DNA of 64,000 nucleotides from positions 12,573 through 76,572 of the forward strand of contig JAJZTG010000002.1 in assembly GCA_021849125.1 (NCBI GenBank). Reading direction: 5' to 3'. A program made the translations under genes and the position numbers. This stretch comes from a bacterium. GTDB lineage: Bacteria > Patescibacteriota > Minisyncoccia > Phycocordibacterales > Phycocordibacteraceae. The notes beneath the pieces are model-generated. The model made no database searches and had not been told where the DNA came from. It worked only from the letters and a program-made list of their open reading frames with translations. This document shows positions 1 through 8,438 of the stretch, in pieces (position 1 is the first letter of the stretch; each line of letters begins with the position of its first letter).

Positions 1-104
1 ATGATCTTCGCATGCGGCGTGACGAAACGCTTCAAGTATGCGATGTCCTTGTAGTCGACAAACTTCTTAAGCTCGATCTCTTCTCGTTCTGATTGGTATG
101 CCAT
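1..104 (-). CDS. rpsR: 30S ribosomal protein S18, partial (truncated by window start)
   Basis: The ATG is at 102-104 on the - strand. The translation reads MAYQSEREEIELKKFVDYKDIAYLKRFVTPHAKI, which matches the S18 N-terminus. It sits immediately downstream of ssb, as in the conserved rpsF-ssb-rpsR operon. Confidence 0.75.
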   Translation of the reverse strand, partial: MAYQSEREEIELKKFVDYKDIAYLKRFVTPHAKI

Positions 105-115
105 GATCTAAATAA

Positions 116-553
116 TTAAAACGGTATGTCTTCCGGGTTGATCTCTTCGTCCGGGTACTGGATCGCTTCGGCTTCGGAAGGAGCCGGCTGTTCCTCAGAA
201 GAAGCGTTGCCTGCGCCACGACCGCCTTCTGCGCCGAACTGGAAGGTCTCGATGATGATCTCGGTGCGGTAGTTCTTCTTGCCGGTCTCCTTGTCATCCC
301 ACGAACGAGTCTGCAAACGGCCCTCCACGTAAATCGGGCGACCCTTCTTGCAATACTGCGCGATGACTTCTGCCGTGCGGCCGAACGCGACGAGGTTGTG
401 GAACTCCGTCATCTCCTGGCGCTGGCCATTCTTGTCCTTGTAGGAGCGGTTGGTGGCGAGACCGAAGTTTGCGACCTGCTGACCGGACGGGAGCGCCTTG
501 AGCTCCGGATCGCGGGTAAGGTTGCCGTAGAGGATGACTTTGTTGAGGTACAT
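116..553 (-). CDS. ssb: single-stranded DNA-binding protein
   Basis: The internal start reads MYLNKVILYGNLTRDPE and the protein has an OB fold, a Gly-rich tail and a C-terminal DIPF motif. The track ORF 116..901 is an upstream over-extension. Confidence 0.85.
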   Translation of the reverse strand: MYLNKVILYGNLTRDPELKALPSGQQVANFGLATNRSYKDKNGQRQEMTEFHNLVAFGRTAEVIAQYCKKGRPIYVEGRLQTRSWDDKETGKKNYRTEIIIETFQFGAEGGRGAGNASSEEQPAPSEAEAIQYPDEEINPEDIPF

Positions 554-560
554 GAGTCGA

Positions 561-1061
561 TTATACCGCGACGTTCTCAAGGGCTGCGTCGAGCTCATTC
601 CCGATCGCGTCCTCAGACTCCCCTGCCTCGGCAGCAGCCGTAGCAGCGGCCTTTGCGAGAAGCTCGTGGACCTCAAGAGAGTGGCGCGCAGCTTCCTTGG
701 TAGTCGTGAGGTCGATGAAACGGATGATCGCCTTGTTGGCATTTGCGGCAGCGATAATCTCTGCATGCGCTCCCGCATCCGTCTCGTAGACGACCCACGC
801 GAAGTATGCCGAGTTGAAGTCGCGGCGACCTGACACTTCCTGACGGGAGATCGTGTAGGCGAGCTGGATCTTCTCCGGCTCGACCTGAGCGACGATCTCA
901 CCCTTCTCGGCGATACCGTCGATAATCGCCTGGTACGTCTTCTTTACCTCCTCGGTCGGAAGTTCCGGGTCGAGGTGGAAACCGAGCTCATACACGCGCG
1001 GCTCCGAGGTACCGACCTCGGACTCCTCAACCATGAGGTCCATATCCTGCTTCTTAGCCAT
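561..1061 (-). CDS. rpsF: 30S ribosomal protein S6 with an Ala/Glu-rich C-terminal tail
   Basis: S6-like sequence (YELGFHLDPELP...IIRFIDLTT) that sits upstream of ssb. Confidence 0.75.
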   Translation of the reverse strand: MAKKQDMDLMVEESEVGTSEPRVYELGFHLDPELPTEEVKKTYQAIIDGIAEKGEIVAQVEPEKIQLAYTISRQEVSGRRDFNSAYFAWVVYETDAGAHAEIIAAANANKAIIRFIDLTTTKEAARHSLEVHELLAKAAATAAAEAGESEDAIGNELDAALENVAV

Positions 1062-1109
1062 AGTTCCCGCATACTACCACGGCCTTTTACCGCACACAAG
1101 CGGGGTCCT

Positions 1110-1916
1110 TCAGGGCTGTCCTAGGCCGAAAACACGCCTCGTATTCGCAAGAAGCACCTCCCGGACCGCCTCTCTGTCCTCCCCGCGCACCTCGGCGATC
1201 TGAGCGGCAACGTCTTTGACCGCGAGCGGATCATTGCGCTCCCCGCGACGGATGACCGGCGCGACGTACGGCGAATCGGTCTCCGCGAGAATATTCTCGA
1301 GCGACACGCTTTTCATGACCGCGTCATAGTCGCGGGCGAACGTGATGACCGCCGTAAAAGAGACGGTGAAGCCAAGCGCGATAAGCGCGTCGGCCTCGTC
1401 TTTGGTCCCCACGAAGAAATGTATGTCTCCTGCGTTCGGAAGCAGCGACGCTTTCTCTTCGGTAAGGAGCGCGATGAGGTCTTGATACGCATCCTGCGAA
1501 CCTTTGCTCGGACGGGAGTGGATGATGAGCGGCTTCTTGAACTCGGCAGCGAGCGCGAGGTGCTTCTTGAGAAGCTCTTTCTGATTCCTCTTCGTCACGT
1601 CGTCCACGGTCGACGGACGAAAGTAATCGAGCCCGCACTCCCCTATCGCGACCACCTTCGGGTGCGCCGCAAGCACGCGAAACGCTTCTCTATCGAACTC
1701 AACCTCAGGCTCATAGTTCGGGTGCAGCCCAACCGATGCGTAGAGGTGCTCATGCTGCTCGGCGAGCGCCAGAGCGCCCTTTGAAGACTCGAGATCGCAG
1801 CCAACCACGAGCGCGGCAACACCCTCTTCCTTCATCTTCGCGATGATGTCATCACGATCAGCGTCATATTGTCCGAACTGCAGGTGACAATGCGCATCGA
1901 TATAACGAGGGGTCAT
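1110..1916 (-). CDS. tatD: TatD-family metal-dependent hydrolase/DNase
   Basis: Carries the HCHL...GLHP...GECGLDY...ETDSPY motifs typical of TatD. It overlaps metG by 4 nt. Confidence 0.85.
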   Translation of the reverse strand: MTPRYIDAHCHLQFGQYDADRDDIIAKMKEEGVAALVVGCDLESSKGALALAEQHEHLYASVGLHPNYEPEVEFDREAFRVLAAHPKVVAIGECGLDYFRPSTVDDVTKRNQKELLKKHLALAAEFKKPLIIHSRPSKGSQDAYQDLIALLTEEKASLLPNAGDIHFFVGTKDEADALIALGFTVSFTAVITFARDYDAVMKSVSLENILAETDSPYVAPVIRRGERNDPLAVKDVAAQIAEVRGEDREAVREVLLANTRRVFGLGQP

Positions 1917-3337
1917 GGCAGACGCGGAAAGAGGTTATCGGGCTTCTTGTTTTCGCGGATAGCGGCGAGGATATTTTGGCTTGTCGAGGGCATGAAAGGC
2001 GCAAGCAGCGTCGCAATCTCATGGAGATCCCGGACGAGTGCGCGGAGCATCTCCTGCCCTTTCGCGAGATCCTCCTTCACGACCGCAAACGGCTTCTCGT
2101 TAGTAATGCGCTCGTCAGCTACCGCGATCTTTGCCCAGATGAGATCCATAACCTTATTGAATTCGAATGCTTCGAGCGCGGAAACGTATTCAGCGGGAGC
2201 AGCAACATCTTTCACCTCGACGGGTTCAGGCAGATTCGCCTCCGCAAGCTTCATGACGCGCGCGACGAGATTACCGAGACCATTGGTCAGGTGTGCGGTG
2301 TAGTGTTCACGGATCGCATCGAGCGTAAGGTCGGAGTCGTCCATCGGGCTCACATGGCGCAAAAGGATGTAGCGCACCGCATCTGTGCCGTACTCCCCGA
2401 CGAGATCAAGCGCGTTGATGACATTGCCGAGCGACTTGCTCATCTTCTGGCCACCTGAGGTGATGAAACCGTGATAGAAGACTTGGTCGGTATTCTTCAC
2501 GCCTGCAGACATGAGCATCGCTTGCCACATGAGCGACTGGAAGCGCACCTGATCCTTCCCTGCCATCTGGAGCGTCTGCCCTTCTGCCCAGTACTTCTTG
2601 AAATCACCGCCCTCGTCCGGCCAACCCAAGGTCGAGATGTAGTTGGTAAGCGCATCGAACCATACGTACATGACCTGCGATTCGTCACCTGGCACCGGGA
2701 TGCCCCACGAGAGCCGTGCGGCTTCACGTGAGATGCTGAAATCCTCGAGGCCGCCCTCTACGAAATTGATCGCCTCCTGGCGACGCCACTCCGGCATGAT
2801 GACACCCTCTCGGCTGAGATACTCGAGCAAACGGTCCTGGTAGGCAGAAAACTTGAAGAAATAGTTCTCTTCGGTCACCGTCTCAACCGGCTTTCCGGGA
2901 TGCTCAGGACACTCGCCGTTCACGAGATCCTTCTCGGTCTTGTATGACTCACAGCCGATGCAGTAGAGACCGGTATATGACTTCTTGTAGATATCGCCTG
3001 CGGCCTCGCAGCGACGCCACATCTCTTGAGCTGCCGCGACATGTTTCGCGTCAGTCGTACGGATGAATGCATGCTCGGAAAGACCGAGCGCTTTGGAGAG
3101 CTCGCTGAAGCGTTCCGCATAGTGATCAACGTATGCCTGTACCTCCTGCCCTGCTTTCTCAGCAGCCTGGAAGAGCTTCTGGCCGTGCTCGTCGGAACCG
3201 GTATTGAAAAAGACCTCTGCGCCCTGGACACGCCAAACGCGTGCAAGCACATCAGCTTGCAGGATCTCCATCGCGAACCCGACATGCGGATCCGCGTTCA
3301 CATACGGAAGCGTAGTGGTGATGTAACGTGCGCCCAT
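1913..3337 (-). CDS. metG: methionyl-tRNA synthetase (short form lacking the C-terminal tRNA-binding domain)
   Basis: N-terminal YITTTLPYVNADPHVGF and the KMSKS motif (KMSKSLGN). At 474 aa it is the short form. Confidence 0.9.
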   Translation of the reverse strand: MGARYITTTLPYVNADPHVGFAMEILQADVLARVWRVQGAEVFFNTGSDEHGQKLFQAAEKAGQEVQAYVDHYAERFSELSKALGLSEHAFIRTTDAKHVAAAQEMWRRCEAAGDIYKKSYTGLYCIGCESYKTEKDLVNGECPEHPGKPVETVTEENYFFKFSAYQDRLLEYLSREGVIMPEWRRQEAINFVEGGLEDFSISREAARLSWGIPVPGDESQVMYVWFDALTNYISTLGWPDEGGDFKKYWAEGQTLQMAGKDQVRFQSLMWQAMLMSAGVKNTDQVFYHGFITSGGQKMSKSLGNVINALDLVGEYGTDAVRYILLRHVSPMDDSDLTLDAIREHYTAHLTNGLGNLVARVMKLAEANLPEPVEVKDVAAPAEYVSALEAFEFNKVMDLIWAKIAVADERITNEKPFAVVKEDLAKGQEMLRALVRDLHEIATLLAPFMPSTSQNILAAIRENKKPDNLFPRLP

Positions 3338-3343
3338 ACTCCG

Positions 3344-4414
3344 CTACTTGTGCGCGGCAGCCATACGACGCTTACGCTTGTCGAAGTCATTGATGAGTTC
3401 GAGCAAGACAGCCGCAGCCGGCACCGAAAGAAGAACTCCGAGGAACCCGGCAATCGTGTAGCCAGCGATGAGCGAGAGGATAACGAGGAGCGGCGGAACA
3501 CCGATAACCTTCTTCACGATGAGCGGATAGATGAGGTTCGATTCGAACTGGTTCACCACGACGTAGAGACCGAGCACGATCGCAGCAAGCGCGACGCCTC
3601 CGCTTGAGAACGCGACGATGACCGCGACCGCTCCGGCAATGAGCGACCCGAAAACAGGGATGATCTCGGCAAAGGCCGTGAACACGGAAAGAAGCAGTGC
3701 ATACGGAACACCGATGATGAGAAGGCCGAGATACGTGAGGATCGCGACGATGACCGAAAGGAGGATCTGTCCCTGCATCCAGAGGCCGATCTTCTTCTGC
3801 GAACGCCGCCAGAGGTCGACAGAGTATTCCTCGTGCTTGACCGGCATCACGAGCCGGAGGAAGTCGTCGACGCCGGTCTCCTGGAGCGCGAAGTAGAACG
3901 AGAGCACGAAGACGAGGAGCAATGAGAGGATCCCTCCGAAGAACGTGACGATGATCTGTACGGCGCCAGCGGAGCCTGCGGTAAAGACCGATTGCAACGA
4001 GAGGAGCGTTTGGACGAATGACTGCAGATCGCGAGAGCTGCTCAAGAGGCTTGATGCGCTCTGGAAGCTCGGGAAAGAAGCCGATGCGTTCAAGGTCTCA
4101 AGATACCGAGGCAGTGACGAAAGAAAACCTGCCGCATCCGCGATGATCGGCGGGAAGAACAGGTACAGCATGAGAAAGATCGAACCGAACACAAGCACGT
4201 AGATGAGGATCACGGAGAAGAAGCGCGGTATGCGGTACCGGATGAAGAAGGTTACGCCTGGCTCGATAGCCGAGGCGATCACGATGGCCGTAATAACGAG
4301 AAGGACGAGGTCGCGGAGCGTCCAGAGGAGAAAAGCCCCGGCGATAAGGAGGATCGCGGAAACGATCGTGCCGGAGGTGATAGTGACCTGGACTTCCCGG
4401 TTCATAGTGGGCAT
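3344..4414 (-). CDS. AI-2E family transporter (PerM/YhhT-like membrane protein)
   Basis: Polytopic membrane protein with AI-2E-like conserved C-terminal helices. Confidence 0.65.
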   Translation of the reverse strand: MPTMNREVQVTITSGTIVSAILLIAGAFLLWTLRDLVLLVITAIVIASAIEPGVTFFIRYRIPRFFSVILIYVLVFGSIFLMLYLFFPPIIADAAGFLSSLPRYLETLNASASFPSFQSASSLLSSSRDLQSFVQTLLSLQSVFTAGSAGAVQIIVTFFGGILSLLLVFVLSFYFALQETGVDDFLRLVMPVKHEEYSVDLWRRSQKKIGLWMQGQILLSVIVAILTYLGLLIIGVPYALLLSVFTAFAEIIPVFGSLIAGAVAVIVAFSSGGVALAAIVLGLYVVVNQFESNLIYPLIVKKVIGVPPLLVILSLIAGYTIAGFLGVLLSVPAAAVLLELINDFDKRKRRMAAAHK

Positions 4415-4444
4415 GGTACCACGACCTGCGGCCTACGCCGAGAC

Positions 4445-5845
4445 CTATGCAACGGCGCTCTTGATGCGTTCAGCAACGTCTGCAACGGTGAGGCGCTCTT
4501 GTTCACCCGTATCGCGATGGCGGAGCGTGACCGTGTCGAGGAGTTCCGGGTTCTCGCCAAGCGTGTCGAAGTCGATCGTGATGCAGAACGGCGTACCGAT
4601 CTCGTCCTGGCGGCGGTAGCGCTTGCCGACGTTGCCGTTGTCGTCCCAAGCGATCGCCGGATGAACCTTCTTCAAAGCTTCACGGACTTCGCGCGCCTTT
4701 TCGACGAGCTCCGGCTTATTCTTCAAAAGCGGCGCGACCATCGCCTTCACCGGTGCGACCTTGGGTGAGAGCGCGAGATACGTGCGGGTCTCTCCTCCGA
4801 GATCGTCTTCGCGGTACGCGCTTGCGAGTACGGCGAGCACGGTACGATCGACACCCAAAGACGGCTCGATCACGTGCGGAACGAATTTCTCTTTCGTCTC
4901 TTCATCGAGGTACTCGAGCGAGACACCCGAACCCTTCTGGTGCGCCGAGAGGTCGAAGTCGGTGCGGTACGCGAGCCCCCAGAGCTCCTTGCGGCCAAAC
5001 GGGTAATCGAATTCGAAGTCGATCGTGCGCTTAGAGTAGTGTGCACGGTCACCGTCGGGGACTTCGAGCTCATGTACCATGCCGTTCGGAAGGCCGACTG
5101 CTTCCGCGAAAAGATGCATCATCTTGCGCCACTCCTCGAAGGCCTGCTGCCACTCGGAAGGCTTTACGAAATACTCGACTTCCATCTGCGAAAGCTCGCG
5201 CAAACGGAAGATGAAGTCGCGCGGCGCGATCTCGTTCCGGAAGGCCTTCCCTATCTGGGCGATACCGAACGGAAGCTTCGGGTGGATCGAGTCGATGACA
5301 TTCTTATAGTTCATGAAGATGCCGCCGGCTGTCTCAGGACGCAAGTACACCACTGCCGACTCGTCTTCCATCGCGCCTGCATGCGTCCTGAACATCATGT
5401 TGAACTGGCGTGGCTCCGCCCACTCATGTTCCCCACCAATTGGACAAGGGATCTTTTCTTTTTTAAGTAGTTCAAACTGCTTGCTGGAATCTGCTGGCAA
5501 CATAAGCGCTTTTCCAACATGCACCCTCGCAATCAAAATATCAGGCCGTTCTCTCACGTGGCATTTCTTACATTCGACAAGCGGATCGGAGAATCCAGCA
5601 ACGTGACCGGACGCTTCCCATACTTTCGGATTCATGAGGATCGTCGCATCGACGCCATACATGTCGTCACGATCGTCGCGGAACATGCGGAGCCAGAGGT
5701 TTTCGATATTTTCCTTGAGGAGGACGCCCATCGGGCCGTAGTCGAAGGTGCCGGCCAAGCCGCCATAGATCTCGGAGCCCGGGAAGACGAAGCCGCGACG
5801 CTTCGCGAGGGAGACGATCTTTTCCATGAGGTTCTGGTCGTTCAT
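4445..5845 (-). CDS. glyS: glycyl-tRNA synthetase, class II dimeric (alpha2) type
   Basis: MNDQNLMEKIVSLAKRRGFVFPGSEIYGG... is the typical alpha2 GlyRS N-terminus, with class II motifs. Confidence 0.85.
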   Translation of the reverse strand: MNDQNLMEKIVSLAKRRGFVFPGSEIYGGLAGTFDYGPMGVLLKENIENLWLRMFRDDRDDMYGVDATILMNPKVWEASGHVAGFSDPLVECKKCHVRERPDILIARVHVGKALMLPADSSKQFELLKKEKIPCPIGGEHEWAEPRQFNMMFRTHAGAMEDESAVVYLRPETAGGIFMNYKNVIDSIHPKLPFGIAQIGKAFRNEIAPRDFIFRLRELSQMEVEYFVKPSEWQQAFEEWRKMMHLFAEAVGLPNGMVHELEVPDGDRAHYSKRTIDFEFDYPFGRKELWGLAYRTDFDLSAHQKGSGVSLEYLDEETKEKFVPHVIEPSLGVDRTVLAVLASAYREDDLGGETRTYLALSPKVAPVKAMVAPLLKNKPELVEKAREVREALKKVHPAIAWDDNGNVGKRYRRQDEIGTPFCITIDFDTLGENPELLDTVTLRHRDTGEQERLTVADVAERIKSAVA

Positions 5846-5891
5846 ACGGTATAGAGTGCGCTACGCGCCGATTATATGCAAGATAACTGCC

Positions 5892-7763
5892 TTATTGCAC
5901 GATCCCGTCGGTAATCTTGTACCCGGGATCGGTCTTCGTCTCGGTCGTCACCGGATCGGTCGACGCGCTTACCTGCACCCCGGCAAAACGATCGTACCCT
6001 GAGAATGTCGAGGGGCCGGTAAGCGGCACGGCGCCTCCTTTCTGCGAAGAAGACGGGGTGATAGTCACCTGGAAGGTGCTTCGTGCGCTCGCACCCTGCG
6101 CCAAGTCGCCCGTCGTCCAGGTGAGCGTGTGGGACGTCTCGTCGTAAGAAAAAGAGCCGCTGCCGGATGTCTTGTCGACATACGTCACATAGTTTGGCAG
6201 TACGGCTTTCACCGTGCCCCCTGCGACCGCACTGCCCCGATTGGCCACGCTCCAGGCAATCGAGTAACCGGTGGTCATGCCGACCTTGGGCGGGATGGGA
6301 CCAATGCCTGACGTATGCGATGATGCTGCGCTCAGCGCGATCGCTGTCGCCACTTTTGCTGTTTTCGCGCTCGAAGCAGTGACCTGTTCCGGTACGTTCG
6401 ACTCCCCTACGCGCGTTCCGGTAGCAGTGACGGAAAAAGTCACGGTCGGCGAAGCGCCTCCCGCAGGAACGGTCGAGAACGTAAACGTACCGAGTCCTGA
6501 CTCGCCGGGTGAAAGGGTTGCGAGCGACGAATCGGTATCCTTACTGAAGACGATCGTATGGTTTACCGAGTTATAGAAGCCGTTCTGCGCCCTGATACTG
6601 CCATAGTCGATCGCTGAACCGCTGACCGCGATCGAGATCGCCGCATTCGTAACCGGCGTCGAAAGCGTATTCGTAAACGCAACAGTCACGCTTTGCGTGC
6701 TTCCTGGCGCAATGACTGCCTGATCTGATGTGTCGCCATTGATCGCAAGCTTTGTCGATATGAAAGGCGCGGCGATAGTCACGGTCGCATCCTGAGTCAT
6801 GTATTCGACCGCCAGAGTCGAGTCTTGAGACGATTTGGCGGTGCCGACCGTGAAATGGAAGACACGCTGTTCGTTGTTCTGACCGGTGAGAACGCCCGTG
6901 AGGGTTACCTGCTTGGTCGCGCCTGGAGCAAGCGTGCCGATAACGAAGGTTCCGTTCTGGAGCGGGACCGATGAGGAGGTCACCGAGAATCCGAACGGCG
7001 AGGACGGCGCGAGCACGACGTCATCGAGCGGCACCGCTGCATTCGAGCGAACCGTGAGCGTAAACGTGAGCGGGTCACCCGCTACAGTCTCCGTCAACGC
7101 GTCGACCGAAACCGAAAGCGGCGTCGAGGAGATAGCAATACCATACGAAGCCCTCTTCTCGAAGACGGCATTCGAACTCGCCGTACCGTAAGAGAAGATG
7201 ACGGGAAGCGTGACGGTCTGTCCCGCCCCGCCAAAGACAACGGCCTTGATGGAACGGGTTACGGTTGCACCGCTCGCGAGCGTGCCGAGCTGCTCGACAT
7301 ATCGGGGATAGGGCGTAAGCACATCACCGGGGCGGCGCGTCCCGTCGGGGAAATCGACTTCGATCGTCGCATTCTCAAGGGCGACCGGATTCCTGTTCGT
7401 GATGGTGAGCGAAAGCGGCACGGTATCACCGCCGGCTATCGTCGTCGGCCCCTGGATATCGATGGACACTTTATCGGTCGAGACCGAGTTGTTCCCGAAA
7501 TAGAAGAAGTAGCCTGCGGCGACAAGCGATGCGATGAAGAATATGATCGCCACGCTGAGGAATATCCCCGCGAGCCGTACGTGACGCTCACCTCGATGCA
7601 TCGTGATCGGCAACGGCTTCTCTTCCCAAGCGTGCGGGAGCGTCTGCTCTCCTGCGGCACCAAGCGGCGTACGACCATGCGTGGCAGCTCCTTTGGGGCT
7701 GTACAACGCCTCACGCGCGCGCTCAAGCGAACTGATCGAATCTTCGCCGGACCTGGATTGCAT
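5892..7763 (-). CDS. large membrane-anchored surface protein with repeated CARDB/DUF11-like beta-sandwich domains
   Basis: An N-terminal cytoplasmic segment, one TM helix (LAGIFLSVAIIFFIASLVAAGYFFYF) and a Thr/Ser/Val-rich repetitive ectodomain. The start is taken as the internal Met so that it does not overlap recO. Confidence 0.5.
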   Translation of the reverse strand: MQSRSGEDSISSLERAREALYSPKGAATHGRTPLGAAGEQTLPHAWEEKPLPITMHRGERHVRLAGIFLSVAIIFFIASLVAAGYFFYFGNNSVSTDKVSIDIQGPTTIAGGDTVPLSLTITNRNPVALENATIEVDFPDGTRRPGDVLTPYPRYVEQLGTLASGATVTRSIKAVVFGGAGQTVTLPVIFSYGTASSNAVFEKRASYGIAISSTPLSVSVDALTETVAGDPLTFTLTVRSNAAVPLDDVVLAPSSPFGFSVTSSSVPLQNGTFVIGTLAPGATKQVTLTGVLTGQNNEQRVFHFTVGTAKSSQDSTLAVEYMTQDATVTIAAPFISTKLAINGDTSDQAVIAPGSTQSVTVAFTNTLSTPVTNAAISIAVSGSAIDYGSIRAQNGFYNSVNHTIVFSKDTDSSLATLSPGESGLGTFTFSTVPAGGASPTVTFSVTATGTRVGESNVPEQVTASSAKTAKVATAIALSAASSHTSGIGPIPPKVGMTTGYSIAWSVANRGSAVAGGTVKAVLPNYVTYVDKTSGSGSFSYDETSHTLTWTTGDLAQGASARSTFQVTITPSSSQKGGAVPLTGPSTFSGYDRFAGVQVSASTDPVTTETKTDPGYKITDGIVQ

Positions 7764-7782
7764 GAAAACAGTATAACGCGTG

Positions 7783-8352
7783 TCAGAGCCCGGACGCAGT
7801 GATGTCGTGGTTGATGCGCGCGATGTACTGCGTACGTCTTGCACGCACTGCGCTCAGCGCTTCTGGCGCAAATGCCACTGCGCCTTCAGGCAGCTCGCCA
7901 TCATCGAGACCAAGCTCGGCAAGGATCTGCAGGACCGCGATGATTTCTGCCGCTTCGCGGTCCTCGGCAGACAGCGTGGTGAGCGTATCGAAAAATGATC
8001 TGAGCGTGTGAAATAGCGCGAGATCATGCGCTTCGCCAGCGACGAGACGCAAGAGAAGACCGGAAACGCGCGCCGCGGAGCGACGCGCGTCCGGATCCGT
8101 GAGCCGCCGAGCCCAATTCTCTTCGAGAACTGCACCAGTCAAGCGCCACCCCTCTTTCCCGCGTACGAGCATGAGATTGCTCTCGGCAAAAGTCACGAGC
8201 GCAGGAGCAAGCTTCGCTCCAGGTTTACGCAAACTCTGGGCGCGCACGCGCATGAGCCCGAGATCTTCGGTAAGAAGCGTCACGAGAGCGGTCGCTTCGC
8301 CTGAGGGCACTCGGGCGAGCACGATCGCGCGTGTCGTGTACTTATGCCGCAT
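7783..8352 (-). CDS. recO: DNA repair protein RecO
   Basis: MRHKYTTRAIVLARVPSGEATALVTLLTEDLGLMRV resembles the RecO N-terminal OB domain. ATG at 8350-8352. Confidence 0.65.
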   Translation of the reverse strand: MRHKYTTRAIVLARVPSGEATALVTLLTEDLGLMRVRAQSLRKPGAKLAPALVTFAESNLMLVRGKEGWRLTGAVLEENWARRLTDPDARRSAARVSGLLLRLVAGEAHDLALFHTLRSFFDTLTTLSAEDREAAEIIAVLQILAELGLDDGELPEGAVAFAPEALSAVRARRTQYIARINHDITASGL

Positions 8353-8438
8353 CCCAGTCAGAGAAACTGCGCGATGCGCATGTCCCGGCATTCGAACGAT
8401 ATCGTTTTTCGTTTTTCATAACATTCGAGAGGCACCCT

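Noticed and set aside
67-297. 76-aa minus-strand ORF
   Set aside because: It overlaps ssb in a different frame. The real downstream gene is rpsR (ATG at 102-104), recognised from its translation.
116-901. 261-aa ORF proposed by the track
   Set aside because: The first 116 residues are Arg/Ser-rich junk overlapping rpsF in another frame. The genuine ssb starts at the internal Met (MYLNKVILYG, ATG 551-553).
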